A stretch of DNA of 64,000 bases from Pyrinomonadaceae bacterium (GTDB taxonomy: Bacteria; Acidobacteriota; Blastocatellia; Pyrinomonadales; Pyrinomonadaceae). This document shows, piece by piece, positions 19,089-28,800 of this stretch (its first letter is position 1; every line of letters starts with the position of its first letter). The position numbers and the translations under genes are program-made. The notes under the pieces are model-generated. The model had not been told where the DNA came from. It searched no databases and saw only the letters and a program-made list of their open reading frames with translations. Where the stretch lies: the NCBI GenBank assembly GCA_965217575.1, contig OZ244558.1:1915507-1979506 (forward strand), given 5' to 3'.

Positions 19089-20213
19089 TCAACGAATTCC
19101 GATTTTTTGCAAAGCGGCGCGCGGTTCTGGATTTCGCATAAACCAATTCCAGACTTTTCCCGAACGCAGGTTTTCCGCGCTCAAAAGCGTAATGCCCAAA
19201 TCAATACCGATCACATCGGTGTCCGTCCAGCCGGTTTGCGGATTAAAAGCGTCGGCGAATCCGTATCTGCCATAAATTTTATCGCCGTATTTATCCTTCA
19301 TCGTCCGCAAAGCCGCCAGCGTGATGGCGGGCGTAAACATCAGCGAACCCGCCGGAGCGCACGGCACGATTGTTCCGTTCAACTGCGGCGGACGCGGCGG
19401 CGCGCCCCAGGCGATATAACCGTTTTCACTGTCAGAAGCCGTCAAACCCCAGAGATTTTCCGAATATGCCGGGAAATCTTTGGAAACATCAATAAAAAAT
19501 TGCCGCTGGGCGCGTGTCGCCGTCTGCGAATTTTCGTAGTAATTGATATACGGCGGTCGGCTTTCACGTCTGCCGCGCAAATCGAACCACGCCTGCGAAT
19601 ATTGATGAATAAAAAGCGGCGCGGCACCCGCCAAAAACTTATATTCGCCGTATCGAATATAATCGCGCCGCCAGATATACCACGCCTGCGGCGCAATCGG
19701 GTGCGTCGGCGAACCGATTGCCAGAAGATACAAAATCGAATCTTCGCTGTAAGTGTCCCAGCGGCTGTTGATAAATCCGGTTTCGGGATACCAGCCGTGC
19801 GAAAGCAGAAAGGGATCGCCGTTAAGCATCCATTTGAAATCCACGCGCTCGTAAATTTTGGCGGCATCTCTGACGATTTCTTCGTCGTCGGAAAAACACT
19901 GTCTGACGCTTAAAACTCCGCCTAAAAGCAGTGCCGTGTCAATCGAAGAAACTTCGCTGCGCCAGCGTCTTTCGCCGCTTTTCGCGTCTAACCAGTGATA
20001 AAACCAGCCGTTTTTGTGAAAAGCGCGATTGGCGAAAAAATCGAGCGTTTTTCGCGCCCGTTCTCTGGCTTGCGCTTCGGTAATCCAGTGGCGGTCGGCG
20101 GCGATACATAATCCGCTCAGGGCGAATCCGGTCGAAGCGATGCTGGCGACTTGAAAATGCGCTTCGTTCGGCTGCGGCGCGTTTCCGTCGGTGCGCGCGC
20201 GGTCGAGCGTCAA
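19089..20213 (-). CDS. GH144-like / DUF3131 (alpha/alpha)6 glycoside hydrolase, putative endo-beta-1,2-glucanase; 5' end unresolved
   Basis: Conserved motifs YGFADAFNP, ENLWGLTASDSENGYIAWGAPP. The ORF-track start is TTG. The conserved reading frame (FLEDLSRKTFRFFWEHSDPQTGL) continues in frame upstream to 20362+ with no ATG/GTG and overlaps the bglX stop. Confidence 0.55.
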   Translation of the reverse strand: MTLDRARTDGNAPQPNEAHFQVASIASTGFALSGLCIAADRHWITEAQARERARKTLDFFANRAFHKNGWFYHWLDAKSGERRWRSEVSSIDTALLLGGVLSVRQCFSDDEEIVRDAAKIYERVDFKWMLNGDPFLLSHGWYPETGFINSRWDTYSEDSILYLLAIGSPTHPIAPQAWYIWRRDYIRYGEYKFLAGAAPLFIHQYSQAWFDLRGRRESRPPYINYYENSQTATRAQRQFFIDVSKDFPAYSENLWGLTASDSENGYIAWGAPPRPPQLNGTIVPCAPAGSLMFTPAITLAALRTMKDKYGDKIYGRYGFADAFNPQTGWTDTDVIGIDLGITLLSAENLRSGKVWNWFMRNPEPRAALQKIGIR

Positions 20214-20362
20214 CCCTGTCTGCGGGTCGGAATGTTCCCAGAAAAACCGAAAAGTTTTACGGCTTAAATCTTCTAAAAACGCTTCGTCCGCAACGGATAT
20301 TTTCGCCGCCGGAACAGCTTTTGCCGGCGGTTTTTCCTGCTCGGCGCGGCGGAGCGGAGCGT

Positions 20363-22624
20363 TTAATTCAGTTTTTTTTTGACGACCGCCGCCCCGCTGA
20401 CGGTTAAAGTATCCAGCAAAGTCGCGTTGGAATCGTCGCCGACGAAAATCTTGAAATCGCCGTCTTCGAGCGTCACTTTCGCGTCGCTGCTGATAAAACT
20501 CAAGTCACGCGGCGTTAAAGTAAATTCAATCGTCCGCTTTTCGCCTTTTTTCAAAACGACGCGCTGAAATCCTTTCAACTGCTTGACCGGACGCGACAAA
20601 CTCGCCACCAAATCGTGAATATAAAGCTGAACGACTTCCGCGCCGTCGCGTTTGCCGGTGTTTTCGACATCAACGCTGACTTTGACGTTTTCGGTCGGCT
20701 TGATCTGATGTTTTTCGAGCCGCAGATTGCTGATAACAAACTGCGTGTAGCTCAAACCGTAGCCGAACGGATAAAGCGGCGTGTTCGGAATGTCGAGATA
20801 TTTGGAAGTATATTTTTCCGTTTCGAGATAAGGTCTGCCGGTCGGCAGCGCGTTGTAGTAAATCGGAATTTGTCCGACGCTGCGCGGAAATGTGATCGGC
20901 AGTTTGCCGCCCGGATTGGCATCGCCGAACAGCGTATCGGCAATCGCGTTGCCGGCTTCGGTTCCGGCAAACCACGTTTCCAGAATGGCGGGCGAATTTT
21001 CCGCCAGCCACGGAATTGTCAGAGGTCTGCCGTTCATCAAAACAATCGCGTAGGGTTTGCCCGTCGCGTGAATCGCCTTGACCAAATCGAGCTGTCTGCC
21101 CGGCAAATCAATATTTGAACGCGAGGCGGCTTCCGCGCTCATCTCACCGTCTTCGCCGATCACCAAAATCGTAAAATCGCTCGCTTTGGCGGCTTCGACG
21201 GCTTTATCAAATCCGCTCGTGTCCGTGCATTTTGTGTCACAGCCTGCTTCATAACTGATTTTAATACTGTTTCCGAGCTTATTTTTCAAACCTTCAAGAA
21301 CAGTCACCGGGTCTTCCGGTCGCCCGTCGCCGATCCAGTTGCCGTTCATATTTTTTTTATCATTTGCCAGCGAACCGATGACGGCGATTTCGCCGGTGCT
21401 TTTGCTGATCGGCAAAGTTTCGCGGTCATTTTTGAGCAGGACAAATGATTCGGCAGCGTCTTCACGCGCGAATTGACGATATTCGGGGTTGAAAACGACC
21501 TGTTTTTCGCGGTTTTCGTCGGCAAACGGTTTGTCGAACAAGCCTAATTTGTATTTTGCCCGCAAAACGCTTCGCACCGCGCCGTCAATTTCCGCCATCG
21601 TAATTTTGCCTTCTTTCAGCAGTTGAGCGGCATTTTCGTTGATGGTTTGGCTGACCATTTCCATATCCACACCGGCGTTGAGCGTCAGACGCGCGGCATC
21701 CGCCTGATCGCCGGCGACACCGTGATTGATTAATTCCTTCGCCGCGTTGTAATCCGTCACGACCATCGCCGGTGAATTCCATTCGCCGCGCAGAATCGTT
21801 TTCCAGAGATACGGATTCGCCGTCGAAGGTACGCCGTTCAAACTGTTGAACGAAGTCATAAACGAGCCGACCCCGGCATCAACCGCCGCTTTAAATGGCG
21901 GCAGATAAATGTTTCGCAGCCGCTGGTCGGACATATCGGTCGTGTTGTAATCGCGCCCGCCTTCTATCGCGCCGTAACCGACGAAATGTTTGGCGCACGC
22001 CATTACGCGGTCGTTCGCGCTGAAATCACTGCCCTGGAAACCGTGTACCCGCGCGGCGGCTATTTGCGAACCGAGAAAAGTATCTTCACCCGCGCCTTCC
22101 ACAATTCTGCCCCAGCGCGGATCGCGGGCGACATCCACCATCGGCGCGAATGTCCAGTGAACGCCCGCCGCGCGAGTTTCCTGCGCCGCGATATAAGCCG
22201 ATTTCTCCATCGCCGCCAAATCCCAACTCGCCGATTCGCCGAGCGGAACCGGGAAAATCGTGCGGTAGCCGTGAATCACGTCAAAACCGAACAGAATCGG
22301 AATTTTCAAACGCGATTCCATCGCCGCCTTCTGCAATTCATTGGTGTTGGCGACTCCGCGCACATTCAAAGTCGAACCGAGCAGCCCTTTACGCGCCATT
22401 TCAAAATGTTCGGGACGACCTTTGCCATACACAAATTCACCGTCAAGCTGCTGAAGCTGACCGAGCTTTTCCGCCAGCGTCATTTTCCCCAGAAGCGCGT
22501 TGATTTTTTGCTCAGTCTGCGCGTCTTTCGCCAAAATTTTGCGAGTCGCTACCTGCGCCGGAACGCTCGAAAACACGAGAACAAATAATAGTAGAATTAA
22601 AATGATGCTTTTTTGTCTTTTCAT
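20363..22624 (-). CDS. bglX: periplasmic beta-glucosidase, GH3 family
   Basis: Signal peptide, GH3 N-terminal domain with KHFVGYG and catalytic Asp region (VTDYNA), C-terminal FnIII-like domain; 753 aa like E. coli BglX. Confidence 0.9.
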   Translation of the reverse strand: MKRQKSIILILLLFVLVFSSVPAQVATRKILAKDAQTEQKINALLGKMTLAEKLGQLQQLDGEFVYGKGRPEHFEMARKGLLGSTLNVRGVANTNELQKAAMESRLKIPILFGFDVIHGYRTIFPVPLGESASWDLAAMEKSAYIAAQETRAAGVHWTFAPMVDVARDPRWGRIVEGAGEDTFLGSQIAAARVHGFQGSDFSANDRVMACAKHFVGYGAIEGGRDYNTTDMSDQRLRNIYLPPFKAAVDAGVGSFMTSFNSLNGVPSTANPYLWKTILRGEWNSPAMVVTDYNAAKELINHGVAGDQADAARLTLNAGVDMEMVSQTINENAAQLLKEGKITMAEIDGAVRSVLRAKYKLGLFDKPFADENREKQVVFNPEYRQFAREDAAESFVLLKNDRETLPISKSTGEIAVIGSLANDKKNMNGNWIGDGRPEDPVTVLEGLKNKLGNSIKISYEAGCDTKCTDTSGFDKAVEAAKASDFTILVIGEDGEMSAEAASRSNIDLPGRQLDLVKAIHATGKPYAIVLMNGRPLTIPWLAENSPAILETWFAGTEAGNAIADTLFGDANPGGKLPITFPRSVGQIPIYYNALPTGRPYLETEKYTSKYLDIPNTPLYPFGYGLSYTQFVISNLRLEKHQIKPTENVKVSVDVENTGKRDGAEVVQLYIHDLVASLSRPVKQLKGFQRVVLKKGEKRTIEFTLTPRDLSFISSDAKVTLEDGDFKIFVGDDSNATLLDTLTVSGAAVVKKKLN

Positions 22625-22717
22625 TTTTGTCTGGTAGTTAAAACCAAAAAGTAATTTAAAAGAGACGCGGGTAAATTTTCATCTACACGCGCCTTTTTCA
22701 AAGTTCCCGAACGCAGA

Positions 22718-22771
22718 TTAGAAACTGAACTTTGTCTGCAACTCAACAACTCTTCCAGAATCAGGATTCAG
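22718..22771 (-). pseudogene. C-terminal remnant of a second TBDR-like outer-membrane protein gene
   Basis: minus-strand LNPDSGRVVELQTKFSF* mirrors the C-terminus of the intact paralog (...GRVIELQARFSF*) but is preceded by a stop; only ~17 codons remain. Confidence 0.4.
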
Positions 22772-22789
22772 TTAACTTAATAACCAAAT

Positions 22790-23737
22790 TTACTGAGATA
22801 TAGTGTTCATAATCCACTTTTGACTCTGACGATCTGCTTTAGTTGGTGCTTCTATTACCGCACCGACTTGATTTGAGCCGCCAGAAGGTTCCATTGCATA
22901 TGAAGGGTCTCCATTGCGATTATTATACTGATAAACAATATAGAATGAAGTTCCGTCCCCAACAGACACAAATCGCCAACCCCGATTTGAGCCAGACAAT
23001 TGATATACTTGAGAGTTACCGGATATAAAATCTGAAAACAAAGGTTTTCCAGTTGAATTATTGACAAAACTATACAGCCCCGTAGAATTTATATCAGATA
23101 ATGTCCAGAATCTCTTACTTCGTTTATTAAAGTATGCTTCTTGGGTAGCAACTGTATAATCGAGTGAGTCAGGAACTGCAAGAAATAAGTTGCTTTGGCT
23201 GTTTTTAAATGTATATGAGAAGTCGGTTTTTGTCTTCAAGTTAAAATATCCACCTCCACTAACCGCTGAGTAAGTAGTGGCATCAAAATTTTGAGTGCAG
23301 AGAGTTCCATTTGCTCCACTTCTGCCATTAATTGTGCCATTTGCTCTAAAACTTAATTCACCTATTGGAAAACGTTGTGTTGTGAAGTCAATAGAACCTC
23401 CATATGTCCCATTTACAGAAACCCCGGTTCTCGAATCATAACTGCCAGAAGATAAAGTTCCTGCCTCGTCATTGACAGTCCAAGAGTAAGCTAAGTAACC
23501 TCCAGGATCATTATAATATGGAAGCGTCCCATGCACAGCCCATTCACTTGGGGATTGATAACCATAACTATAACCGAAAAAATTTATACCTCCTGCTCCA
23601 CAATAATCTGCTGATGAAGCATTAAACTCATAATGTAGTTGGGACGTATCAGATTGAGCATACAAATTTACACTACAAGAAATCAGTGTGATAAGTAATG
23701 CTGAAAATAGAATGTGAATTTTTGCTTTATTTTTCAT
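22790..23737 (-). CDS. secreted S/G/Y/N-rich protein with C-terminal ricin-B/beta-trefoil-like QxW motif, compositionally foreign
   Basis: Signal peptide MKNKAKIHILFSALLITLISC; markedly AT-rich codon usage unlike all neighbours; C-terminus with QKW and hydrophobic repeats suggestive of lectin fold; flanked by AT-rich non-coding DNA. Confidence 0.6.
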   Translation of the reverse strand: MKNKAKIHILFSALLITLISCSVNLYAQSDTSQLHYEFNASSADYCGAGGINFFGYSYGYQSPSEWAVHGTLPYYNDPGGYLAYSWTVNDEAGTLSSGSYDSRTGVSVNGTYGGSIDFTTQRFPIGELSFRANGTINGRSGANGTLCTQNFDATTYSAVSGGGYFNLKTKTDFSYTFKNSQSNLFLAVPDSLDYTVATQEAYFNKRSKRFWTLSDINSTGLYSFVNNSTGKPLFSDFISGNSQVYQLSGSNRGWRFVSVGDGTSFYIVYQYNNRNGDPSYAMEPSGGSNQVGAVIEAPTKADRQSQKWIMNTISQ

Positions 23738-23919
23738 TTTTATTAGCCTCCTTTGCTAATTTATTAACAAAGATTATAAAATCTACACCTTGTAGCAAAA
23801 TAATATAAATAAAAAACATTTATCTATTCAATACTTTAAGTATTGATGAGAATATTGAGTTAGATCTCATTTACACTATCTTTTTCCTTATGATCTTTGA
23901 TTTGACACAAACATTTAGT

Positions 23920-26900
23920 TTAAAAACTAAATCGCGCTTGCAATTCAATGACTCTGCCGGCAAGTCCGCTCGTCGCTCTGCCAAAACTCGGATTCAGATT
24001 ATCGCCGTTGTTAATTCGCGTGTTTTCGGAAGCAAAACCGAAATTGTTCAAATTAAGTTTATTAAAAGCGTTGAACAAATTTACCCGCAAATCTAAGCCG
24101 GTGCTTTCATTAAAACGCAGTCTTTTAGGCAGTTCAAATCTTTTTCCTAAAGTTAAATCTATATTGAAATAACGCGGACCACGAAAAGTATTGCGTCCGA
24201 TTCCCGGCGGATTCGCTAGAAATGTTGCCTGCCCGTTCACTCTGTTGAGCGTAGTCAGGAAGATATTGTTGCAGCCACCCGGAGAAATTGTCGCATTTAT
24301 ACACTGCGCGTCGGAAATAAAACTTCCCGTAAAGTTGCCGTTTCCGGTCAAAAATGTTTCGTTAGAAGAACTGTTTCCCGCGCCGCCCAAATACGCCACC
24401 GGACGAAACGGTCCGAATTCAACGCCGCTTACCGAACGGATTCCCTGATCGCTGACGACTGGTGTGTATGGAAAGCCCGTGTGATACGTCAAAATTCCGC
24501 TGATCTCAAAACCGCCGAGTGCTGTTTTAAGAAAATCGTCGCGCTTGTTAAAAAACGGTAACGTATATAAACCGAACAAATTAAAGTTATGCGTTACGTC
24601 AAAATCCGAAGGTCCGTATTCCGTATTATTATCAACCGGATAAGTTTGATTGGTGACGAAACCGGGTCCTGAGTTCGATAAATTATCAAGACTTTTTGAG
24701 AAACGATAATTCGCCTGAACCTGAAAATCATTGGCAAATCGCCGTTCGAGCGTGATCAACAGCGCGTTGTAGTTTGACTTAACGTCCGGTGTCGGAAGAT
24801 AAGTTGCCGAGAAAGCCGGATTAATCTGGGCGTAGATGTATTCCTGTCTGACCAGCCGAATCAAATTGCGATTACTGCTTCCCTGATAACCAACCGTCGC
24901 CGTCAGTTTGGAAGGCAATTGATATTGCATTTCCAGAGAATAACGAAAACTCTGCGGATTCGGCTCTTCCGGGAGCGCGCCGTAAATTTCCACTCCGCCG
25001 CTAAACGGCGCGCCGGTCGCCGGATTGATACCGCCGCCCAAACGCGGATTGGTCGGATAACTGTCCGGTGAAATACTGCCGCCCAGGGCGTAAAGAATTC
25101 TGCCCGCCGAGAAAGGCGTATTATTCGGGTCCGGTCCAAATGCGCCCGTCGGAACACCGCAGCAAATTTGAAAGCGCGAGAAGAACGGCGGATTGGCGAG
25201 CGAGTTGATGAAAACAACGTTTGGAATGCGGTTGTAACCAATGCCGAAACCGCCGCGAACGACACCTTTGTCATTTAAAAATCCGGGACTGTATGCAAAA
25301 CCGAGTTGCGGACCGAAATTGTTTTTATCCGCTTTGAAGAACTGGTCAACTACCTGAATTTTTGAGTCAACTAAGCCATTCGGACCGAAAACGATATTGC
25401 TCTGCTGTCCTAATTTATCATTGAGCGGCGTGAAATATTCGTAACGCAGACCTAAATTTAAAGTCAGATTCCGTCTCACTTTCCAATCGTCCTGCACGAA
25501 AAATGCGTAATCGTTCGATCTGTATTTACGCTGCGCCGCCGCCGGTGCGCCGGTTGACGGATCGGCGTTGATGCCTTCAAAAATCGGTGTGTCGTTTGCC
25601 AGATTAAATAATCCGACGAAACTGTAAACAGGACGCGCACCGCCGACCAAACTGCGGTCATTAAAATCAAACCGAAGCTGTGTGCCAACTTTGAGAGCGT
25701 GATTGCCGAGAATATAAGTCAGAGTGTCGCTGACATCAACGCTTTTTTCGGACAAAATGCCGGGCGTGTTTTCGTTTTGCGGCGCGCCGAATCTAATGCG
25801 GTCAAACGGCAAACCTTCGACTTCAATGCGCGGAATGCCGAAATTTGAATTCGGATTCGACTCGACTTCATTAAAAGAAAATCCGCTGTAATTGACCCGC
25901 GCCTGATTAAATATCGTCGCGGAAATATTGCGGTTATAAATTAACGCCGCCGAAAAAGATAATCTATCGGAAATAATGTCGCCCATCTGACGACTGCGCC
26001 CGGAAACATCCGAACCGTTATTTAAGGTCGGCGTAAAAAAGGTCGAAACGGCGATACTGTCCTTCGATGTCGCATTGTAATCTACGCGCGAAAAATACTG
26101 GTTGCCGCTGAAGGAGTTCGGGTTGAGTAAATTAACGTATTGAATATCGGGAATGCCGTCAAATCCGCCGCCGATGTCCGCGTTGCCGACTCCGCCGCCG
26201 AGCGGCAAATAGACATTTCGCGTTCCGGTAATCGAGCCTAAGTCTAATCCGCCACTGACTTCGCGGCAGCGGTCGGTACCGAAACCGGCTTGAGCGCAGG
26301 TTCTGGGAATAACCGATGCGATACGCGGCGCAATGCCCGTCGCACCGAAAACTTGCGCGGTCACGCCGTTCGGACGCAGAAAACGAACCAAATCGCGGTA
26401 TTGCGATGTTTCGACATACGATTCAACTGTGTTGCTCGAATTGGTTCGCAAACCTTCATACGCAAAATAGAAAAACAATTTGTCTTTGCCGTTAATCGCC
26501 GTCGGACCGCCTTCGCCGAATCTCAAAAACGGCAATGGTCCGCCGAAACTTCCGCCGAATTGTCGCTGACGATTTTGGACGATTTGCGGGTTTCCCGGAA
26601 ACTTATTATAGGCGTTGAGTTCAGTTCCGTTATATTTGAAAAACGCGCTGCCGTGAAAAGTGTTTGTTCCGCTTTGGCTAACTACTTTCACCGTCGCGCC
26701 GGAGTTGCGCCCGTCTTCCGCCGAGTAAGAACTCGAAGAAATGGTAACTTCCTTGACCGCTTCCTGACTGGGCGTGATAATCGCGCCGCCGCCATTGGTC
26801 TGACTGTTGACGCTCACGCCGTCAATCTGAAAATTATTCGCTTCGACGCGCTGTCCGTTCGCCGAAATCGGAACTTGATTTTCGGTTTGAAAAATCGAAT

Positions 26901-27474
26901 TGTTTGAGCCGCCCGGACCGGTCGAATTCGGAAATCCGGGCGAGTTGCCGTTGCCGCCGCGCGCTCCGTCGCCAAACACGCCGGGCGTTAAACGCGCCAG
27001 TTCATACGGGTCGCGCCCGACCTGCGGAAGCCGCAAAATTTCCGCTCGGCTCAAAGTGTTGTCAATGTTCGCGTCTTCGGTTCGCAAGGCTTCCGTTCCG
27101 CTCGTCACCGTCACCGTTTCGGAAATGCCGCCGGCTTCGAGTTTAACGTCCAAACCCTGCAAAATGTCCGCGGTAATGTTGATATTTTCGACGACATTCT
27201 GTTTGAAATTTGTTTGGGTGACGGTAAGTTTGTAATTTCCCGGTGCCAGTCCGTTAAAACGATAAAATCCGTTGTCGCCCGACATGGTTTGAACGGTTTT
27301 ATTGGTTTCGACATTTATTAAAACGGCGGTCGCGCCGGGAACTGCCGCGCCGTTGATGTCGGTTACAGTTCCCTGTAAAGACGCTTTAAATTGCGCGTTG
27401 GCGATCAGCGCAAAACATAAAATCAGACTGCCGCAGCTTAAAATGCGAAGCCAGCCGGAAAGTTTTCGGTTCAT
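23920..27474 (-). CDS. TonB-dependent receptor-like outer-membrane protein with N-terminal carboxypeptidase-regulatory-like domain (1184 aa)
   Basis: Signal peptide, CarbopepD_reg-like start (QGTVTDINGAAVPGATAVLINVETNKT...GFYRFNGLAPGNYKLTV), plug-like region, long beta-barrel with C-terminal aromatic residue (RFSF). Confidence 0.8.
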   Translation of the reverse strand: MNRKLSGWLRILSCGSLILCFALIANAQFKASLQGTVTDINGAAVPGATAVLINVETNKTVQTMSGDNGFYRFNGLAPGNYKLTVTQTNFKQNVVENINITADILQGLDVKLEAGGISETVTVTSGTEALRTEDANIDNTLSRAEILRLPQVGRDPYELARLTPGVFGDGARGGNGNSPGFPNSTGPGGSNNSIFQTENQVPISANGQRVEANNFQIDGVSVNSQTNGGGAIITPSQEAVKEVTISSSSYSAEDGRNSGATVKVVSQSGTNTFHGSAFFKYNGTELNAYNKFPGNPQIVQNRQRQFGGSFGGPLPFLRFGEGGPTAINGKDKLFFYFAYEGLRTNSSNTVESYVETSQYRDLVRFLRPNGVTAQVFGATGIAPRIASVIPRTCAQAGFGTDRCREVSGGLDLGSITGTRNVYLPLGGGVGNADIGGGFDGIPDIQYVNLLNPNSFSGNQYFSRVDYNATSKDSIAVSTFFTPTLNNGSDVSGRSRQMGDIISDRLSFSAALIYNRNISATIFNQARVNYSGFSFNEVESNPNSNFGIPRIEVEGLPFDRIRFGAPQNENTPGILSEKSVDVSDTLTYILGNHALKVGTQLRFDFNDRSLVGGARPVYSFVGLFNLANDTPIFEGINADPSTGAPAAAQRKYRSNDYAFFVQDDWKVRRNLTLNLGLRYEYFTPLNDKLGQQSNIVFGPNGLVDSKIQVVDQFFKADKNNFGPQLGFAYSPGFLNDKGVVRGGFGIGYNRIPNVVFINSLANPPFFSRFQICCGVPTGAFGPDPNNTPFSAGRILYALGGSISPDSYPTNPRLGGGINPATGAPFSGGVEIYGALPEEPNPQSFRYSLEMQYQLPSKLTATVGYQGSSNRNLIRLVRQEYIYAQINPAFSATYLPTPDVKSNYNALLITLERRFANDFQVQANYRFSKSLDNLSNSGPGFVTNQTYPVDNNTEYGPSDFDVTHNFNLFGLYTLPFFNKRDDFLKTALGGFEISGILTYHTGFPYTPVVSDQGIRSVSGVEFGPFRPVAYLGGAGNSSSNETFLTGNGNFTGSFISDAQCINATISPGGCNNIFLTTLNRVNGQATFLANPPGIGRNTFRGPRYFNIDLTLGKRFELPKRLRFNESTGLDLRVNLFNAFNKLNLNNFGFASENTRINNGDNLNPSFGRATSGLAGRVIELQARFSF

Positions 27475-27563
27475 AAAAAAAATACCTCCAGAAAAGTTCG
27501 TGAAAATCAACCTAATTATCAGATTTTTAAGCGACTAACCGAGATCAAAGTAGTGAATAGTTT

Positions 27564-27589
27564 CAGTAAATCGTTTCAGTAAATCGTTT
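27564..27589. promoter_or_regulatory. tandem 13-bp direct repeat in TBDR/LacI divergent promoter
   Basis: cagtaaatcgttt cagtaaatcgttt. Confidence 0.3.
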
Positions 27590-27716
27590 TAGTAGTCTTA
27601 CAAATTTATAACACAAATTAAGTTCGCGTCAACAACAAATCCGAGAATATCGCCTGAAAATTTATAATTTTCGTTCAATCTTGTCTTATGCGCTTTGTTT
27701 ATGCGAAACTTACGAA

Positions 27717-28790
27717 ATGTCGGACGAAATAAAGAAAAACAATAAGTCTAAAAGTTTCTCCGAAAGTGTGAAAAAGGAAAAGGCGGTCAGCTTAAAAGAC
27801 CTCGCCGCCTCGCTGAAACTTTCGCCGACAACGGTTTCGCTCGTGTTAAACGCTGCGCCAACGGCGGATTCGATTCCGCAAGCGACGCAGGACAGAATAT
27901 TTGAAGCGGCGCGTCATTTGAAATATCGCCCGAACCAAATCGCGCGTTCACTGCGCGCCCGGCGCACGCACACCATCGGCGTTTTGATTCCCGAAATGAG
28001 CGAAGGTTATTCGACAACGGTTTTGAGCGGTGTCGAACAAAAGCTGCTCGAAGAAGATTATTTTTACTTTGTCGTCAGCCATTGGCACCGTGAAGAAATC
28101 ATCGAACGCCACCTGCGTTTTTTCGCCGACCGCTGCGTCGAGGGAATTTTAGCGGTTGATACACCGCAGAATCACCAGACCTTTCTGCCCGTCGTTTCGA
28201 TTTCTGGACACGACCAAACGAAAGGCGTGACAAACATCGTTTTGAACCACGAACAGGCGGGAAATTTGGCGGTTGAACATCTCGTTAAACTCGGACACCG
28301 GAAAATTGCCGTTATTAAAGGACAAGATTTCAGTTCCGATACGGAAGTGCGCTGGAATGCCGTGCGCGCGGCGGCGCGGCGGTTCGATGTGCCGATCAAG
28401 GAAAATTTGGTCTCGCAGCTCGTCGGAACCGATCCGACGACTGAACCCGGCTATTCGGCAGGCAAACAAATACTGGTGCGCAATGCGGATTTTACGGCAC
28501 TGCTCGCTTTCAACGACATTTCCGCTTTCGGCGCGATTCGCGCCCTGCGTGAAGCCGGACAGCGCGTTCCGCAGGATGTTTCAGTGATCGGTTTTGATGA
28601 TATTTACGCGGCGGAATTTCATTTTCCCGCTCTGACGACGATTCGCCAGCCGCTGAAAAAAATGGGCAGTCTCGGCGCGGAATACCTGCTGAAAAAAATC
28701 CGCGAAGAAATCGGCGAAGAATCGCCCGCCGATGTCGTCGTCGAACCGGAATTAATTATTCGTCAATCAACCGCTCAAGCCGCTGAATAA
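27717..28790 (+). CDS. LacI-family transcriptional regulator
   Basis: N-terminal HTH ([22 protein letters not shown]), periplasmic-binding-protein-like sugar-binding core; first ATG at 27717. Confidence 0.85.
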   Translation: MSDEIKKNNKSKSFSESVKKEKAVSLKDLAASLKLSPTTVSLVLNAAPTADSIPQATQDRIFEAARHLKYRPNQIARSLRARRTHTIGVLIPEMSEGYSTTVLSGVEQKLLEEDYFYFVVSHWHREEIIERHLRFFADRCVEGILAVDTPQNHQTFLPVVSISGHDQTKGVTNIVLNHEQAGNLAVEHLVKLGHRKIAVIKGQDFSSDTEVRWNAVRAAARRFDVPIKENLVSQLVGTDPTTEPGYSAGKQILVRNADFTALLAFNDISAFGAIRALREAGQRVPQDVSVIGFDDIYAAEFHFPALTTIRQPLKKMGSLGAEYLLKKIREEIGEESPADVVVEPELIIRQSTAQAAE

Positions 28791-28800
28791 AAAACGGATT

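Noticed and set aside
19011-19913. 300-aa plus-strand ORF overlapping the GH144-like gene and the sugar-binding-protein promoter
   Set aside because: Antisense shadow frame; Arg-rich, no domain; the opposite strand encodes a conserved glycoside hydrolase.
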